This document shows positions 12,602 to 25,782 of a stretch of 64,000 bases of DNA, in pieces. The stretch's first letter is position 1. Every line of letters begins with the position of its first letter. This DNA comes from Sminthopsis crassicaudata. Lineage: Eukaryota. Below the pieces are notes generated by a model. That model did not search any database. It was not told the DNA's origin and saw nothing but the letters and a program-made list of their open reading frames with translations. The stretch spans positions 27,777,254 to 27,841,253 of the forward strand of contig NC_133621.1 in the NCBI RefSeq assembly GCF_048593235.1, written 5' to 3'. The position numbers were made by a program, and so were the translations under genes.

Positions 12602-12738
12602 TTTTTTTTTTTGTTTTTTTTTTGAGAGGCAACTGGGGTTAAGTGACTTGTTCAGGATCACACAGCTAGGAAGTGTTACATGTCTCAAATCACACTCGAA
12701 CTCAGGTCTTCAGGACTCCAGTGCCTGTGCTCTATCTC
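12602..12738 (-). mobile_element. WSINE1-type marsupial SINE, near full length, inserted into an L2 3' end
   Basis: Poly-T, then gaggcaactggggttaagtgacttg..cagg.tcacacagctaggaagtgtt....tct.a......t.gaactcaggtctt...gactccagtgcctgtgctctatc...gcaccatctagctgtccc. Confidence 0.88.
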
Positions 12739-14786
12739 CTGCACCATCTAGCTGTCCCATGACAAGTACTTATTAAGTATTTCTTTTGCTGCAAAGAATA
12801 TGCTAAGTGATAGGAATAAAAGATGAAAATTACAAAGTCCCTGTCTTCAAAGAGCTTACATTCTACTGTTGATTTAAATGCAAAGAAATATTGGTGATTA
12901 ATAATAAAGAAGAGGATGAGGAGAAGAATGAGGCGGGGGCACGGAGGATGGAGTCAAGAGGCTTCAGTATGAACCATGACTCCCACTAACTATGTGATCC
13001 TGGCCACGTCAGTTTTCTCACCTCTACAAGAATACTATCCACTTCCCAGGGCTGCTGAATCAAATGAAGTGATAAGTAGAAACTGTTTTGCAAAATGTAT
13101 AGAAATTGCCATCATCAACCAAGCTCCCAACAGGTAAGGGGCTGTCAGTCTCCTCCCAGGGGAGGGTTGTTTCCACTATAATGAAATTCATTGTAAGTAG
13201 CTATGCTTAAATAACAGGCCAAAGGAAAGTGGTTACTTACCTGTCAATTTGTAGTCCACAAATGTTTATCACAATCCTTAAAAAAGTAAATGAATTAACC
13301 AATAGCTTTCACTCTTCTTCTCCGGAGGGTTGTCTAGACTCTGAAGCTGATACAGTAAACACAACATTCACATAAGGGGCTGATCTTGGAAGCCGCAGGA
13401 AATCCTAACTACCTGAAATCCACCCCATCAATTATCAGGTGAAAATCTGAAGATCAGCACTTGAAGCTGTTGGCAAAGGCAAATCTTTTGAAAATATGAA
13501 ATAGGGCAGACTGGAGAAAATGTCGAGAACAATTGAAACAGTTTTACATTTGATAGTGAAAGGGCGACCATTCTCATGGCCCATTTTGGGGCTTTGTGTT
13601 CTAGACGGCTTGTTAAAAAAAATCAGATTTTATTCCCGGACGTACTATTCTATTGGGCTACCAGAATGCAGCTGCCAACACCAGTTAAATCTGATTAAGG
13701 CCTCACACTGAGTTAATCAATCTGATAATGTCAGACATTATTAAGGAAGCGTGCATGATATGGTCACATTGCCTATTATCAGGAGCATGGACACCAAAGC
13801 CTTTGTTTTCTCAGAACACTGAAACTGTATAAAATAGCTTTAAAAGGTAAACTCTTACCTCTTCCCTTAGATATACTATTAATGCTCTATTAAGATACTA
13901 TTACTATAACAGACCTATGTCTTTTCACTCATAACTTTTATGTTCTTATAAACTGCAACCCAGACAAGGGTACAAAAAAAAATGAAAATTTCACCATAAA
14001 GCACGAACGTCTCTAACAACAAATAAAATTTTAAGTTAAGCTTGAATCTGAAGGAGATCAAAAGAAAGATCACAAAATCATCCAATTAGAAATTTGAGGT
14101 CTTTTGGAGAACACGGATGTTAAATCTTTCCATTGTAAACATGAGGAAACTGAGTCTTGGGGTGCCCAGTGTTACCTATCTCATAAATGTCTGATGCAGA
14201 TAATCACTACCTCAAAGCAAAGACTTCATGTTAGGTTTAGGAGAAAAGGTGTAGCCCTCAGGTGTCACTTTTTACCTTTCTACACTGAAGAATAATGATA
14301 ATGAATTAGAGAAAAAGCTATGAGCTTAGGTAAGAGGGAAATCCAAGGGCAGTAGGTGAATCATGGTGTTGCCTGACCTGAGGGGGTTTTATGATCCAAG
14401 TAGTAACACTACACAATAAAACATGAATGCACATCAAGACAAGTGTGCAAACTAGGAATCAATTTTAAAAGAGAAAAGGCAACACGACTATGTTTGTAAC
14501 CAACCTTCTACTTTCTGTTATGTGAGAGGGAAAGGAAAGATCAATAAACAAAGAGGGAATTTTAGGGTCTTTCTTGGACAACTGACTAATATTTTCTAAA
14601 TTAAAAATAAATTTTAATTCAGTTTATGTTTTAGTTTTTCACTTTCCAAAAATATATATTCACCTTCATATTATATTTACATATGTAAAGATATGAAAAA
14701 TCTTAAGAAATGTAACTAGCTGTCAAAGTTGGACCATAGGATCAGAGCTTTTGAGCTGGGAGGGATCTGACATGTCATCTAGGCCA

Positions 14787-14955
14787 ATAGTGTCAAACGC
14801 CAATAGAAACAGGACCACTAAACCATGCATAAGGATCCCGAAGGACCACATATTGACTTGGAAAACCACATATAAACATCAATGTTCTATTGTACTTTCA
14901 TTGATTTTGTTAAATATCATTCAATTTACTTTTGAATCTGGTTTAACCTACTCAA
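14787..14955 (+). mobile_element. Marsupial hAT-type short element inserted into a MIR3
   Basis: tgtcaaacgccaatagaaacaggaccactaaaccatgcataaggatccc...atattgacttggaaaaccacata...; MIR3 halves lie on both sides (ca. 14735-14786 and 14975-15090). Confidence 0.55.
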
Positions 14956-15199
14956 TTGCTAGCAGCAATGGACACCAGATCCAGTCCAATCCCTTCATTT
15001 TACAAAATGAGGCCATTAGGCCCCAGAAAGGCAAAAACCTAAAGAAAGTTAAGTGGTGGAACTAATAATTAAACTCAGGTTTTAAGACTGAAAGTCCATT
15101 AAAGAACTTCTTGTCTAAGAGAGGAAACTACAAGAGAGCCTTGTAGAAGAGAAGTTCTCTCTGGCATTTGGGGTCTTGCATTTTAAGTGATTTGGACAT

Positions 15200-15810
15200 A
15201 CACCAAAGCCCTATTGCATTAGTAAATAATGATTGTATTCTTGGAGCTGTGAACTGGTCTGCCATTTTGGAAAACATTTTGGAACTGGCCCTTGGCCCAG
15301 CAATACCACTACTTGGTCTATACCTCTAGAGGAAAATGACCCATGTGTTCATGGATGGACAGAAGTTCATTTTCATCAATCAGGAAATGATTACATAAAT
15401 AATGGTATATGTATGTGACGGAATACTATGTTCTGTAAGAACTGATGAATGGGACAGATTCAGAGAAAGCTGGGAACACTAATATGAACTGATACGGAGT
15501 AAAGTGAGCAATACTAGAAGGACAATTTATGTGATAACTCTGAAAGACTTGCAGTAATCAGCACTATGGCCAATCATAATTTCAGATGACTCATAATTAG
15601 GAAACATGCTGTCTACTTTCTGGCACAGAAATGATAAAACTCAAAAGGCAGCAAGAGTTTTGGGGGAAATAGGGTGAAGGATTTAGCAATAAAGGAATTA
15701 GTTTTATGTGACTACAGATTTCTAACAGGAATTTTGTTTTTGTTTTCTCAATGACAGGAGGGAGAGAAGGTGGATTTTTGTTAACTGAAAAAATAAAATT
15801 TAATAATAAT
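15200..15810 (+). mobile_element. Old LINE-1 ORF2 end/3' UTR fragment
   Basis: ggagctgtgaactggtc..ccattttggaaa..., gacggaatactatgttctgtaagaactgatgaatgggacagattcagagaaagctggga...ctgatacggagtaaagtgagc are degenerate L1 ORF2-end motifs. Confidence 0.8.
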
Positions 15811-16799
15811 AAGAAAACCCCAACAACTTAGCAATTGAACTACATGCCTAGGAGCTAGACAGGGCTATCTTACATTCTCACAGGAGTCACAAGGCGAATT
15901 CCAAACAGACTAAAATTATAATTACTGAGAGTGGATAACCTTATCACAGAACCACTTATCTTTTCCACTCCCTTATCAAGAGAGGAGACCTACAGTTTTA
16001 GTTTGCCTTCAGGGCCTGGCTCTCAAAGACTTAGTATAGAGAAATCAGGTAAAGATAAATGTTACTAACAGACCTAGAATATAATAGCATTAGTACTCCA
16101 AAGGCAGAGATAGGGACTCGACAATAGATTTCATTGATGTAGAGAAATCTTAGGTGAGGAAACTCCCAGGAATAATTTCGATACCTTCACAGAAACTTAA
16201 GAGCATTAGAGGATTGCTTAGAGCAATGAGAGGGGGTGACTGATCTGATCAAAACCAAATCAAAACAAAACAATAAATATTTATGTGCCAGTCACTGTTC
16301 GGATGGAGGAAGGGAGAAGGGGAAAGAGGGGGGTTATAAAAAGAGGCAAATGGCAGTTCAAGAAGCTTACAAGATAATGGGGAGACAACATGTAAACAAA
16401 TATTATTAAAAAAGGAATGGCACTAGCCTTTATGTATTATATGATCATGGATAGGATATGAACCCAGATTTTCCTGTGTTTGAGACTATCTACTGAACTA
16501 TTCTGACTCTCAACCAATTTTTAATTTGATATGGACACCTCTTATTTGAGAATAAGGTGCAGAAAGGAAGAAGTGAAATTTCTACTTGGAAAGCAAGCTT
16601 GGTATTCTAGACTAAATCTGAAAGGGGGATGCTACTTGTTTTTTCTAGGGACGGAGGAAACAGGTATCATGGCTCTTGGTACCAACTTGGACAGGGGCAT
16701 AGTACTGGGTCTACACCAGCCACAAAGGCAGTCACCCATGTAGCTGGGGTTTGGGGCTCAACTACTGTCACTGTTTCATCCTCTAAATCCCAGCAAGAT

Positions 16800-16962
16800 T
16801 TAAATTGTAGTTTGCAACCTGTATAGGTTCTTATGAAATTATGATTCATTATCAGGGAATGTTTGATTTGTACATTTATTTTATATACCTATATACCTGA
16901 GATCACATAAAAATTTCTTGGGCAAAAAGGGGTCACAAGTAGAAACGTTTAAGAAATCCTGT
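16800..16962 (+). mobile_element. hAT-type MITE, partial copy
   Basis: aaattatgattcattatcagggaatgtttgatttgtacat...cacataaaaatttcttgggcaaaaaggggtcacaagtagaaacgtttaagaaatcctg. Confidence 0.65.
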
Positions 16963-17599
16963 TCTAAATGAACAGGCTTGCACTACTGGGAACCAGCCCT
17001 AAGAAAAATAAGAAAAGTCACTGCCTTTGTTGTCATTGTCTGCATTTTCAGTCAGTTCTCTTCACTCTGACTTTGCAGATAAAAAGAAAGTGGAAAAAGT
17101 CTCAGGAGCCATCTCACCCTTGGAACTGAAAACAAAACTAGAGAGTTAGGGAAGAGAACACTTGCCTTTTCTGTCTCAAAATAAACAGTGTGAAAGATAT
17201 ACTCAAATCCTTCCTAGGGACCCTAACAGGTAAGTCACACACTCCATGCCCTCAAGTAATCTCAAGACAAAAAATTCAAACCAGGTGTAACCTGGAATTG
17301 GCAGAGAACGTCTGCTATACTCCTCATTTCTATATTCTATATTCTATCATGGTTTCAATTCTTTGGGCCTTGGAAATGAGAAGGGAATTGTCATAGGATG
17401 ATTCTAGGGCAGTAAGCATTTTACAGCTCTGGATGATGTGACTAGACATCAATATTACACAAGATAGATTCATTTTATGTTCTCATCTTTCCTGACAAAT
17501 GTGCCTCCTCTCTCATGTGCCTTTCTAATATTCTGTTCCCACTATTTTCTTCATTCCTCCTCTCTTTCTCCATTCTGACTCTGCAACCTAGAACACATT

Positions 17600-17810
17600 C
17601 ATATAAATATGCATTCTTTTGCATTTGGTGAAAATCTTCAATCTCATTATTTCTCATTTTCCCTCTTCTCTAGGCCCTCAAAATCATAGCAACATCCATC
17701 TTTTCTAAATTTCTAAAACGTGAACCTGAAACAGAACACAGTACTCCAGATGGGATCTAACCTAGACAGGGTTAAGTAAAACCACAAAATCCCTAGTTCT
17801 GGACAATCCT
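17600..17810 (-). mobile_element. L3/CR1 LINE fragment
   Basis: gaacacagtactccagatgggatctaacctagacagggttaagtaaaaccac...ccctagttctggaca matches the CR1/L3 3' region. Confidence 0.65.
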
Positions 17811-18929
17811 CTCAAAGAAGCTTTGGACCAAGAAGCATAAAGGAATACAGTATTTACTCCCCCATCTCCTTCCCTCAGGGTAAGAGGAATTCTGGAAAAT
17901 ATGAAAGTAATGCCACATATGAAAGTGCACTCTAGATTCCCATCTGAAAGTATTGATCATATCACCATTTGTTTCCCAAACACAGCTCTGCATCTGGACA
18001 GAAAGAAATGTCATGGACCATGGGGACGGGCAAATTGATAGGACTATAGTGAACTTGGGGACCAAGATCCTATCTTGGAAAACAAGAAAGTGGCTCTTTG
18101 CTCAAACTGGGACATGCCTTAAAACACCCTCTAAAAACTCAACCATACACAACAATTTAATTTGAATATCTGCTAAACTGAAAAAACATCTTAGAGAAAC
18201 AGAAAGCAAACTAATTTTCAAGACACATTTATTTATGAGGATCACTTAATTTGTATGAAAGGAAGTTTAACGTGAAGAACCTGTTAGAGCATCACACCTG
18301 CAAATGACGATGCAATAAGAGGCTTCTATGTGTCATGAAAAGGAATACCAGAACCGGCATTATGCAGGAGACCAGAAAAACTCTGGTCCTCAATGAAGCC
18401 AAGTTTCCTCCTGTGTACTAAACAGGGACAATTCTTGTCCCACCTACCTCAGAGTGATTGTGAGCTTCAAATGAGATAATGTATGTATAGTGCTCTGGAG
18501 ATTGTAAAGCATTAAATAAATGTCAGCCTTTAGCAGTAGGAGGAGGAATTCACAGTGAAATATGAGCTCCGTGAAGCTTTCCCTTATAATGTCAGAAAGT
18601 ATATTCTAGCCTGTTCAAGAAGAATTAAATTTGGAGCTGGGACATGAGAGATCCTCTCCTTCAGCAGTGTCAAAGTGAAGGCCATGAAATCACCCTAAAT
18701 CGCACCTGATGAACCAAGCAGAGAGGAGCTCCCCATGGTCTAGCTTCCAATACAATGACCCCCTTTCCCCAGCCTCCCCAGGTTGTACCTTACACTGGGG
18801 ATGAGTGTCCTTTGTTGGTTGTTTCTTCTGTGCAAGATGAAGACTGAGCAGGTATGGGGGTACTGCGATGGGTATCACAGCTCTCTGCATTCTCTTTCCC
18901 CCAAAATTCTCCTCTTTTCTGACTTCCTT

Positions 18930-19204
18930 CCCCATGACTATTAAGAGCAGTGCCATTGATCATCCTCAGCTCCTTTCTTTCCTTCTCCTTTCACATATTC
19001 AACCAGATGCCAAATACCGACTTTTATGCCTCAATATCACCACTTACACATCAGTCCTTTTTCTCTATTCCCACAGACATTAGCTTGGTTCAGACTTTCA
19101 TATCATATCTTGTATACATTATTCCATCTGTCTCCTCGTTCCAATCCACATTGCACATAGCTTCCAGACTGATTTTCCTAAGACACACATCTGACCGTGT
19201 CACC
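18930..19204 (+). mobile_element. L2 LINE 3' fragment
   Basis: ccaatccacattgcacatagcttccagactgattttcctaagacacacatctgaccgtgtcacccct. Confidence 0.7.
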
Positions 19205-19369
19205 CCTCAACAAACAAAAAAAGGAGTGTTTTATAATACACATAATTATTAGTAGAGTAGTACATGTTTATAATTTGTAAATAAGAAAATACTCAAATCC
19301 TGGCAGTGCTGTGCCCAATTTTGGTATATAAAGATATAGTATGTGATTAAAAGAGTTTGAAGACCACTG
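19205..19369 (+). mobile_element. hAT-type short element fragment
   Basis: Ends atgtgattaaaagagtttgaagaccactg, a hAT-like terminus, after tacatgtttataatttgtaaataa. Confidence 0.5.
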
Positions 19370-22300
19370 TCTAGTCCATCTATGCACCTCCAAATGGACA
19401 AAGCATGCACTCATAAAGCCTTGATCAAAGTCTGTGATCTCAAAGACAAAAGGAGCAGAATCAAAGCTGCAGCCAGTTCTGCTGAATCAGTGCTGAATAC
19501 AGTCAGAGGGCCTAGGTTTGAGTCCAGTTCTCGCCACTATTATTTGCATGATCTTTACCAAGACTTCTGATCTCTCTGAGCCTCAGTTTCCTCCTCTCTA
19601 AAATGAGTGTTAAGATTTTCCCCAACTCTAGATGCCTTCTAGCCTTAAAAATCGAGGCTTCTAGGGTTCTAAGAAAAAAAAAAAAAAAAAAAAAAAAAAA
19701 AGAAATGAAGACTATTTTCTATAAAAAAAGTTCCCCATATGAATACATGGGGAGCTTTCAAAAGACCTTAAAGCCTCATTTAATGAAGTCCCAGACTGGC
19801 TATTGTCATCATTTTCCAATCTCTGAAGTCTCCCCACCCCAATCCAATCCCACCATATTGGAGAAAGTGATCAAAAACCAGGGACACCGCCCCACCCAGG
19901 CCACTGGGGGCCTACTGGTTTCAAGGTGGCATTTCTTCACCTCAATGATGGGAAGGCGGAAGACACTAGCACTAGGGCATCGATTAATAGGCAGATTTAG
20001 CACCGCTCCAAAGCAAACACACTAGGCTTGAACATAAAAGATTGAAATGGTATTCAGAAGCTAAGCCAATTTCAATCCACAGCATAATATTCTGTTATGC
20101 TCCAAGAACACACACATAAGATTCTAGTCTCTTAGATAATTGATACTCAGGCTCCTAATCTTTTTATTTTAGTACGGAGACCACTTTGATTTAGATACTT
20201 TTCAAATTCTGATGATAGACTAGATGGCTGAAAATGTTGTAAGCAGAGGATTCCATTGTAAATTAAACAATGATCAACTTCAGGGATTGGGCAATTGGCT
20301 CATATGCACTTCATGTATCATAAGTTCTTATGGAATGGAATCTCACATTAAAATGATGTTTAAAACCATTTGTAGAAAACTAATCACAAATAAAATAATT
20401 ATATTATTTTGAAAGCTTAAATTCATGTAGTGCTGGTTCACTTCGGTCACACTTGTCATCCATCTCTTTAGATTCCATATAAATTACACAGCCACATGAG
20501 AGGAAAAGGTGGAAGAATTGTACATTTTTCCTCTTTTCTCTTTATGAATCAAGCATAGCAAACATGGTGATTTATTTCATAATGTCATAGGAAGGTAAGA
20601 TATAATATAGACCACAAGCATCCACAATTCCAAAGACATCTCTTTTTGGTCAGAGTCCATTTATTTCCATCTAGGTAATCTGGTTTCTAGGTAATCTGCA
20701 TGCATTAACTTTCCGATGTCCCCAAATACTAGGAGGGGAGCCTTGATCATGGCATAGGGTCAAAAGGAAGTCCAAGAGCCGCACTCGTGGTCGACATGTA
20801 TGCAGGTCTTGCAAGGTCCACAAAGTGCTTTGTGTAGTTTATATTTCAAATATACACACAAATATGGCACAATAGCCCAGTGAGGCAATGCGAGCATGAT
20901 GGGTCCTATTTGAGAGCTAAACAAGCTGAAGCTCGGCCAGATGATGGGATTTGTCTTTGACCACGTAGGAAGGAAAAGGCTGGGGCGGGGGGGTGAAAGT
21001 CGTCCAAATTGGACTCTGGCCCCACTCTTCTGTTTCTTCTTCATAAGGTGAGCCCCGCTCCTCCCCCACAAAAGAACAAGGGAGCAGCCGCTTTGGCACT
21101 AAGTATCTACCTACAGAGACCAGGATGAAATCTCGCACACACTATCAGAAAAGCGAAGCTCCCCATCATTTGAAGACCCTCTTCTACTGAGGAAAGGCAT
21201 GAGTCCCCTCAGATGAGCATGGCTGAATTTGATCTCCTCTTAAGGACTGGGGAACTCTGCCTTCACTTGACAGCCATTACCAGTCAGCTACGCCGTGTTT
21301 TCTGTAGTGTTGCAAAGAGCTCAAAGGTGGGCACAAAAAATGTGTAGCCAGCACATTAAGCATCATTAACTACAGTCATTTTTCCTGCTCTCTGAACAAA
21401 ATCCTATGGTTGGAATCTCATTTTTATTTGGCTTATGTAGTGCCTAAATAGCTTCAAGTTCTGGCCGTGTGATCCTAGCCCCTCTCAGTGCCACCAGACA
21501 CCTCTCTAGGGACAATGGGATCTGCTGTGGTGGGGGCACTTTCTCCCCGGGAGTTCCCTACACCAAGGAGAGTCTAAGTCTGCATATAGTTAGCCACCCA
21601 TTCTGGCCTGGAGAAGGAAGGAGGAACAGTTCTCCTCTTCTCAGGGGAGTGAATGCCCTCCCACTACCAGGGACTGGAAGGTCCCCTGATGCAGAGAGGC
21701 TTCCTGCTCAGGGCTGGCCACCCAGCTTCCTGGGAGTCTGCACACTGTTTTTATGAAACAGTTAATCCTTAGCTTGTATGCCGAGCACCCAAATTTAAAA
21801 GACAAATCCTTAAGAAGTAAATCTTAAAAAAGAAATAAACACCTCCATAGAGTTTGGTGCTCTCCTTATTTAAGTGTTCACACTATTTCTCTTTTTCCCT
21901 CAGCTACCTGCCACGGAATTAAAGGCCCTGGATTTGTCAGCGGTTCACTAAGGATTAAGGTAACACCTTTCAAAGGGTAGACTTATTTCTGCTATCTGTG
22001 TCTGCCATAAACCACAAAGTACCATCTCACAGGCTGAGGTTCATATTTGTGAGTGAATCTGCTGATAAATCATCTCTCTTGGCCTATCATTACACCCCCT
22101 ACATCCTGTCCAATCCATTCTCGAGTCTGGGTATTAAAATTTTAAATTAATTAAGTAATGGAAACATAAAACTAGAGAACTTTTCTCAGCACTTTTTTCC
22201 TAAAACAAATCCTCCCTACTCCCTCAGCAGAGTCAGGAAAGGGAACTTTTCTCCCTCCAACCATTCTGCTCTGCCCAGAGTCCCATCTGCAACCTGGAGA

Positions 22301-22874
22301 CCATGCAAGGCAGTCCTGTGCCAGGCTGCAAACCTCACCAGCGGATGGTCCCTCAGCCAACTGATCTGCCCCCATTTGCTCTCCTGGAAATTTCAGCTTG
22401 ATGAAGGAGGAGGCTGAAGCCAAACAGAGGCTTGGGAAGAGAGGGAAAGGAGAGAAAGAGCCACAGAAAGAAACAGAGGCACAAAATACGGAAAGAAATG
22501 TAGCAGGGAGGGGACCATCAAGCAAGATTTTTAAGGGGGTTTGCAGGAAACCGGGAAGCCTCTCCTGACACAGCAGACCAGAGCTAACAAGAGGACAGAA
22601 GAGACAAGCTGATGAAGGCCTGGAAAGGCTTAAGACTCAGCATGTCAGTAGCTGGCCACCTTATGGAAGGAAGGAGGAGCTGGGGAGGGAGCAGGGAGAA
22701 GGGGAAAGAAAGAGCTCCTGGGAAATGGCTCTTAAAATTCTTGGTGAAGAATGAGGCAAGACCTTGGGGAGAGCCCATAGAGAGGAGGAGCCAGAGAGGA
22801 GGGACAAAAGGTTTGGACAAGCCACCCCGGTGAATAGGAGAGTCAATCAACTAGGGAGCCTTAAAGACTTGCCT

Positions 22875-23050
22875 TAGGGCAATCAGATGAGGCAATGGAT
22901 AGAGCGCCAATACTTGATACACATTGGTTGTGTGACCCTGAACAAGTCATTTAACTCTGTTTCCCCATTAAAATAAAAATGTCTTGTTGCAGTGAGGGCC
23001 CAGATGAGATTACACAATGTCAGTTTGGAAATGACCTTGTCTTTGCAGTT
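22875..23050 (+). mobile_element. MAR1/MIR SINE fragment
   Basis: gggcaatcagatgaggcaatggatagagcgcc...ttgtgtgaccctgaacaagtcatttaactctgtttcccc. Confidence 0.7.
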
Positions 23051-23544
23051 TGGGGCTTTGGCCATTCTGTCCAGCAGCCCAAGATTAGGGGATGCGGGTG
23101 GTGCAACATGTGGCTACTTTTTAATCTCCAGTCCACATTGCGCTGAGCTTCCATCATCTGTGTCTCCTTCTGATGGGAGGACCCCCCATGGCTGTTAACC
23201 ACTGCCCATTTCCCTTCTGATCAGTCTTTGGTTTTCATGCCCCAACCTAAACCTAATATGTAGACCCTGAAAAGGACCAAATTCTAGTAAATAAGAAAGT
23301 GGGAAGGTAACAACAACTCCTGACCTTCAAATGTCTTTTTTAAATTATAAAACACATTCTAAAGAGCACCACACTTGAGCTTCCCACTAACCCTTAGGGA
23401 AGTTACTCAAGTCTTTTGGTCCCCCTTTTCCAGATGAAGAAAATGAGGCCTAGAGGAATTCTGCCTTGCCCAGCCAATCTGTTCCAGATTGGATTTGGAT
23501 TTGGTTCTTTCAGACCACAGAGCCCACCATCCTATCCACTGCCC

Positions 23545-23756
23545 TAGTAGTACTTAAACTTTTTTGGCCTCAGGACCCTGTAATACTCTTAAAAATTATT
23601 GCAAACTCTTCCCACCCAAGCCCCTTTGCTTATATAAATTATACGTACTGACATCACATATTAGAAATTGTGGAAATAGTTTTGACCTTTTGGACCCTCT
23701 GAAAGAGTCTCAGGGACCCCTCCGGTTGCCAGATCATATGCTAAGAACCACTTTGC
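23545..23756 (+). mobile_element. hAT-Charlie-like element fragment
   Basis: tacttaaactttttggcctcaggaccctgtaatactcttaaaaattatt...tgaaagagtctcagggacccc...ctaagaaccact; both termini are Charlie-like. Confidence 0.65.
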
Positions 23757-24269
23757 TAGCCCCACACTCTATTGCAATTCTCAATTGAGCCAAGTAGATA
23801 AGAGGAATGAGAGAAATCACTCTGGGGAAAATGAATCCACACTGACGGCCATAAAAACGTTATCAATCTGTTATGCAGATGAATTGTGGACTTTGAGGAC
23901 ATAGAAAATCAAAACACTCTGCAACATCTATGCTCACGTTGATCAGAATACTTAATAAGGATATGAAATGATGTTTTAAAAGTGTTTTCTTAATTACCTT
24001 CATAACTATTTGCTACATAATCTTGAATTGATTTTCCTTTTCCTCTGCTCTTTTTCCAAATTAATGACTATATTAATAAACAAGACATTGCATACGTTTG
24101 CCAAGAAACAAGAAGGAAAACTGTAGACATAATTCACAAGCCCAATAAATTGGGATTTCTAGTCATGGGATGGAGAGAGAGGTGGAGATATCCCCATAAT
24201 TCCTCAAACTACAATTAAAAATGTGGGTAGATCCAGAAACCAACCCTAGCACCAATATAGATACTCAAA

Positions 24270-24520
24270 GTGGAACAGTTCAAACTGACATTTACGTAGC
24301 ATTTTAAAGTTTACAAAGCATTCTCCATACTTCAGCTTATTCAAGGCTCACAGCAATCACAGAATACTTAGGTTAACATGAATATTTGTATTCTCATTTA
24401 AAGAGGAAACTAAAGCACAATAAGTTTAAATGAAGTGCTCAGGGTCACTAGGTTAGGATCAGAAACAGGATTTGAACTCATTTCCAAATTCAAAAGCCCA
24501 GCTCTGAGATGAAGCTTTCC
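24270..24520 (-). mobile_element. MIR SINE
   Basis: agcattttaaagtttacaaagcattctcc...ctcatttaaagaggaaactaaagcac...agggtcact...ggatttgaactc. Confidence 0.75.
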
Positions 24521-25329
24521 CTTATAACAAAATAATAATGAGCTAATTCAGGAACTTTTCACCTTTTTTTTTTTTTTTTTTTTGGTGACAAGAATCATTT
24601 TGGCAGTCTATCAAAACCCACGGACTCCTCAAAATCTTGTTTTTATATGCATAATTTAAAAAAAACAGTATTACAAAGGGAATCCATCACACAGAAATAT
24701 AGTTATCAATTTTTCTTTTACAGGTTAAGAATCAGGGACTTTTCTCAAAAATAAATTAAAAACAGATAGTTTATATTCTAACAAACGTCATGTTATGAAG
24801 AAAAAAGTCCTAAATGAGCATTGTTGCTCCGTCATTCTCCTCTGGGTATCCGGGTATCCATAAAGTTCATTTCCAAAGAGCAGATAAAGTAGGATGATGT
24901 CTGCAAGGCTGCCTCCAGATCCTGGCTGGCTTACAATGATCAGCATTGTTTGCTGGCCTGCAGACAAGAAAGCTGACTTGGGAAAACCCAGTCAGCACCA
25001 GAGAAAAACCCCTTAGCAACTGCTTTGGAGGAGGGCTGCATTCCCCACTGGGGCAGGGCCCTACCCAAAATGCTGATGGAGTAAAAAGAAAAAAAATCAG
25101 ATTTGGCATTCTGGCGACTGGGGGAACACCGAAACGTAAGAACATGGAATGCAAAAGTGTGGACGTCCCTATTCAAAATCTCCCCAAAAAGGAAAGGTGA
25201 GCTTTAAGGGAAAACAAAACAAATCACCCCAACGATTTGACTTTTCAGAAGAATTTGGGAAGCCGGAAGTAGATTTTCTTCCAGCCACCCACTCATCCTT
25301 TGGCACATGTTCTGTAACTAAAGCATCAC

Positions 25330-25460
25330 ATACCTATAATATACATTGTGTGCACATATGGCCGCATCTGCTGGAGGGTAAGCCCCATGAGGGCAAGGAC
25401 TACATTCCCAGAGTCTGGCACCGCGCCTGGTGCATACAACAAATGCTACTGATTGGCTCT
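25330..25460 (+). mobile_element. L2 3' end
   Basis: gtaagccccatgagggcaaggactac...ctggcaccgcgcctggtgcatacaacaaatgct. Confidence 0.65.
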
Positions 25461-25689
25461 CTCCCTTCAGCCATCTTAAAAGCTTTCCCAATTTTGCTTT
25501 TTCTCCATGGTGGACTATTACTGCTGCCAGGGTCAATCCCACGGGCACACATCCACTTCATTATCAAACATCTCCTCCTTTGATCACAGGAAACTCTCTC
25601 CTGCTGAGATGACTCCCCAACTCTTTATATACCTAGTAGATAATCTTCCTTCATCCTACAGACAAGCTCCTGCTGGATTGGCAGGACAA

Positions 25690-25782
25690 AAAACATTAAT
25701 GAAAGAAACAATAGAAGAGACCTGCCCAGAACTTCTGAACACAGACAATGAAATGCCGATTGAAAGATTTCACTGATCACCT
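25690..25782 (+). mobile_element. Isolated LINE-1 ORF1 fragment followed by a G14 run
   Basis: Translates MKETIEETCPELLNTDNEMPIERFH*SP, like L1 ORF1 KEIIEENCPELL...IERIHRSP. Confidence 0.7.

Noticed and set aside
20671-20698. Short direct repeats (ctaggtaatctg x2; also gggtatcc x2 near 24843 and gattggtgaca x2 near 63933)
   Set aside because: Ordinary small tandem duplications with no further structure.
24810-24960. Minus-strand frame GQQTMLIIVSQPGSGGSLADIILLYLLFGNELYGYP after a good acceptor
   Set aside because: No donor was found and there is no recognisable homology. In the exon-3 frame it would read a different peptide that stops early.
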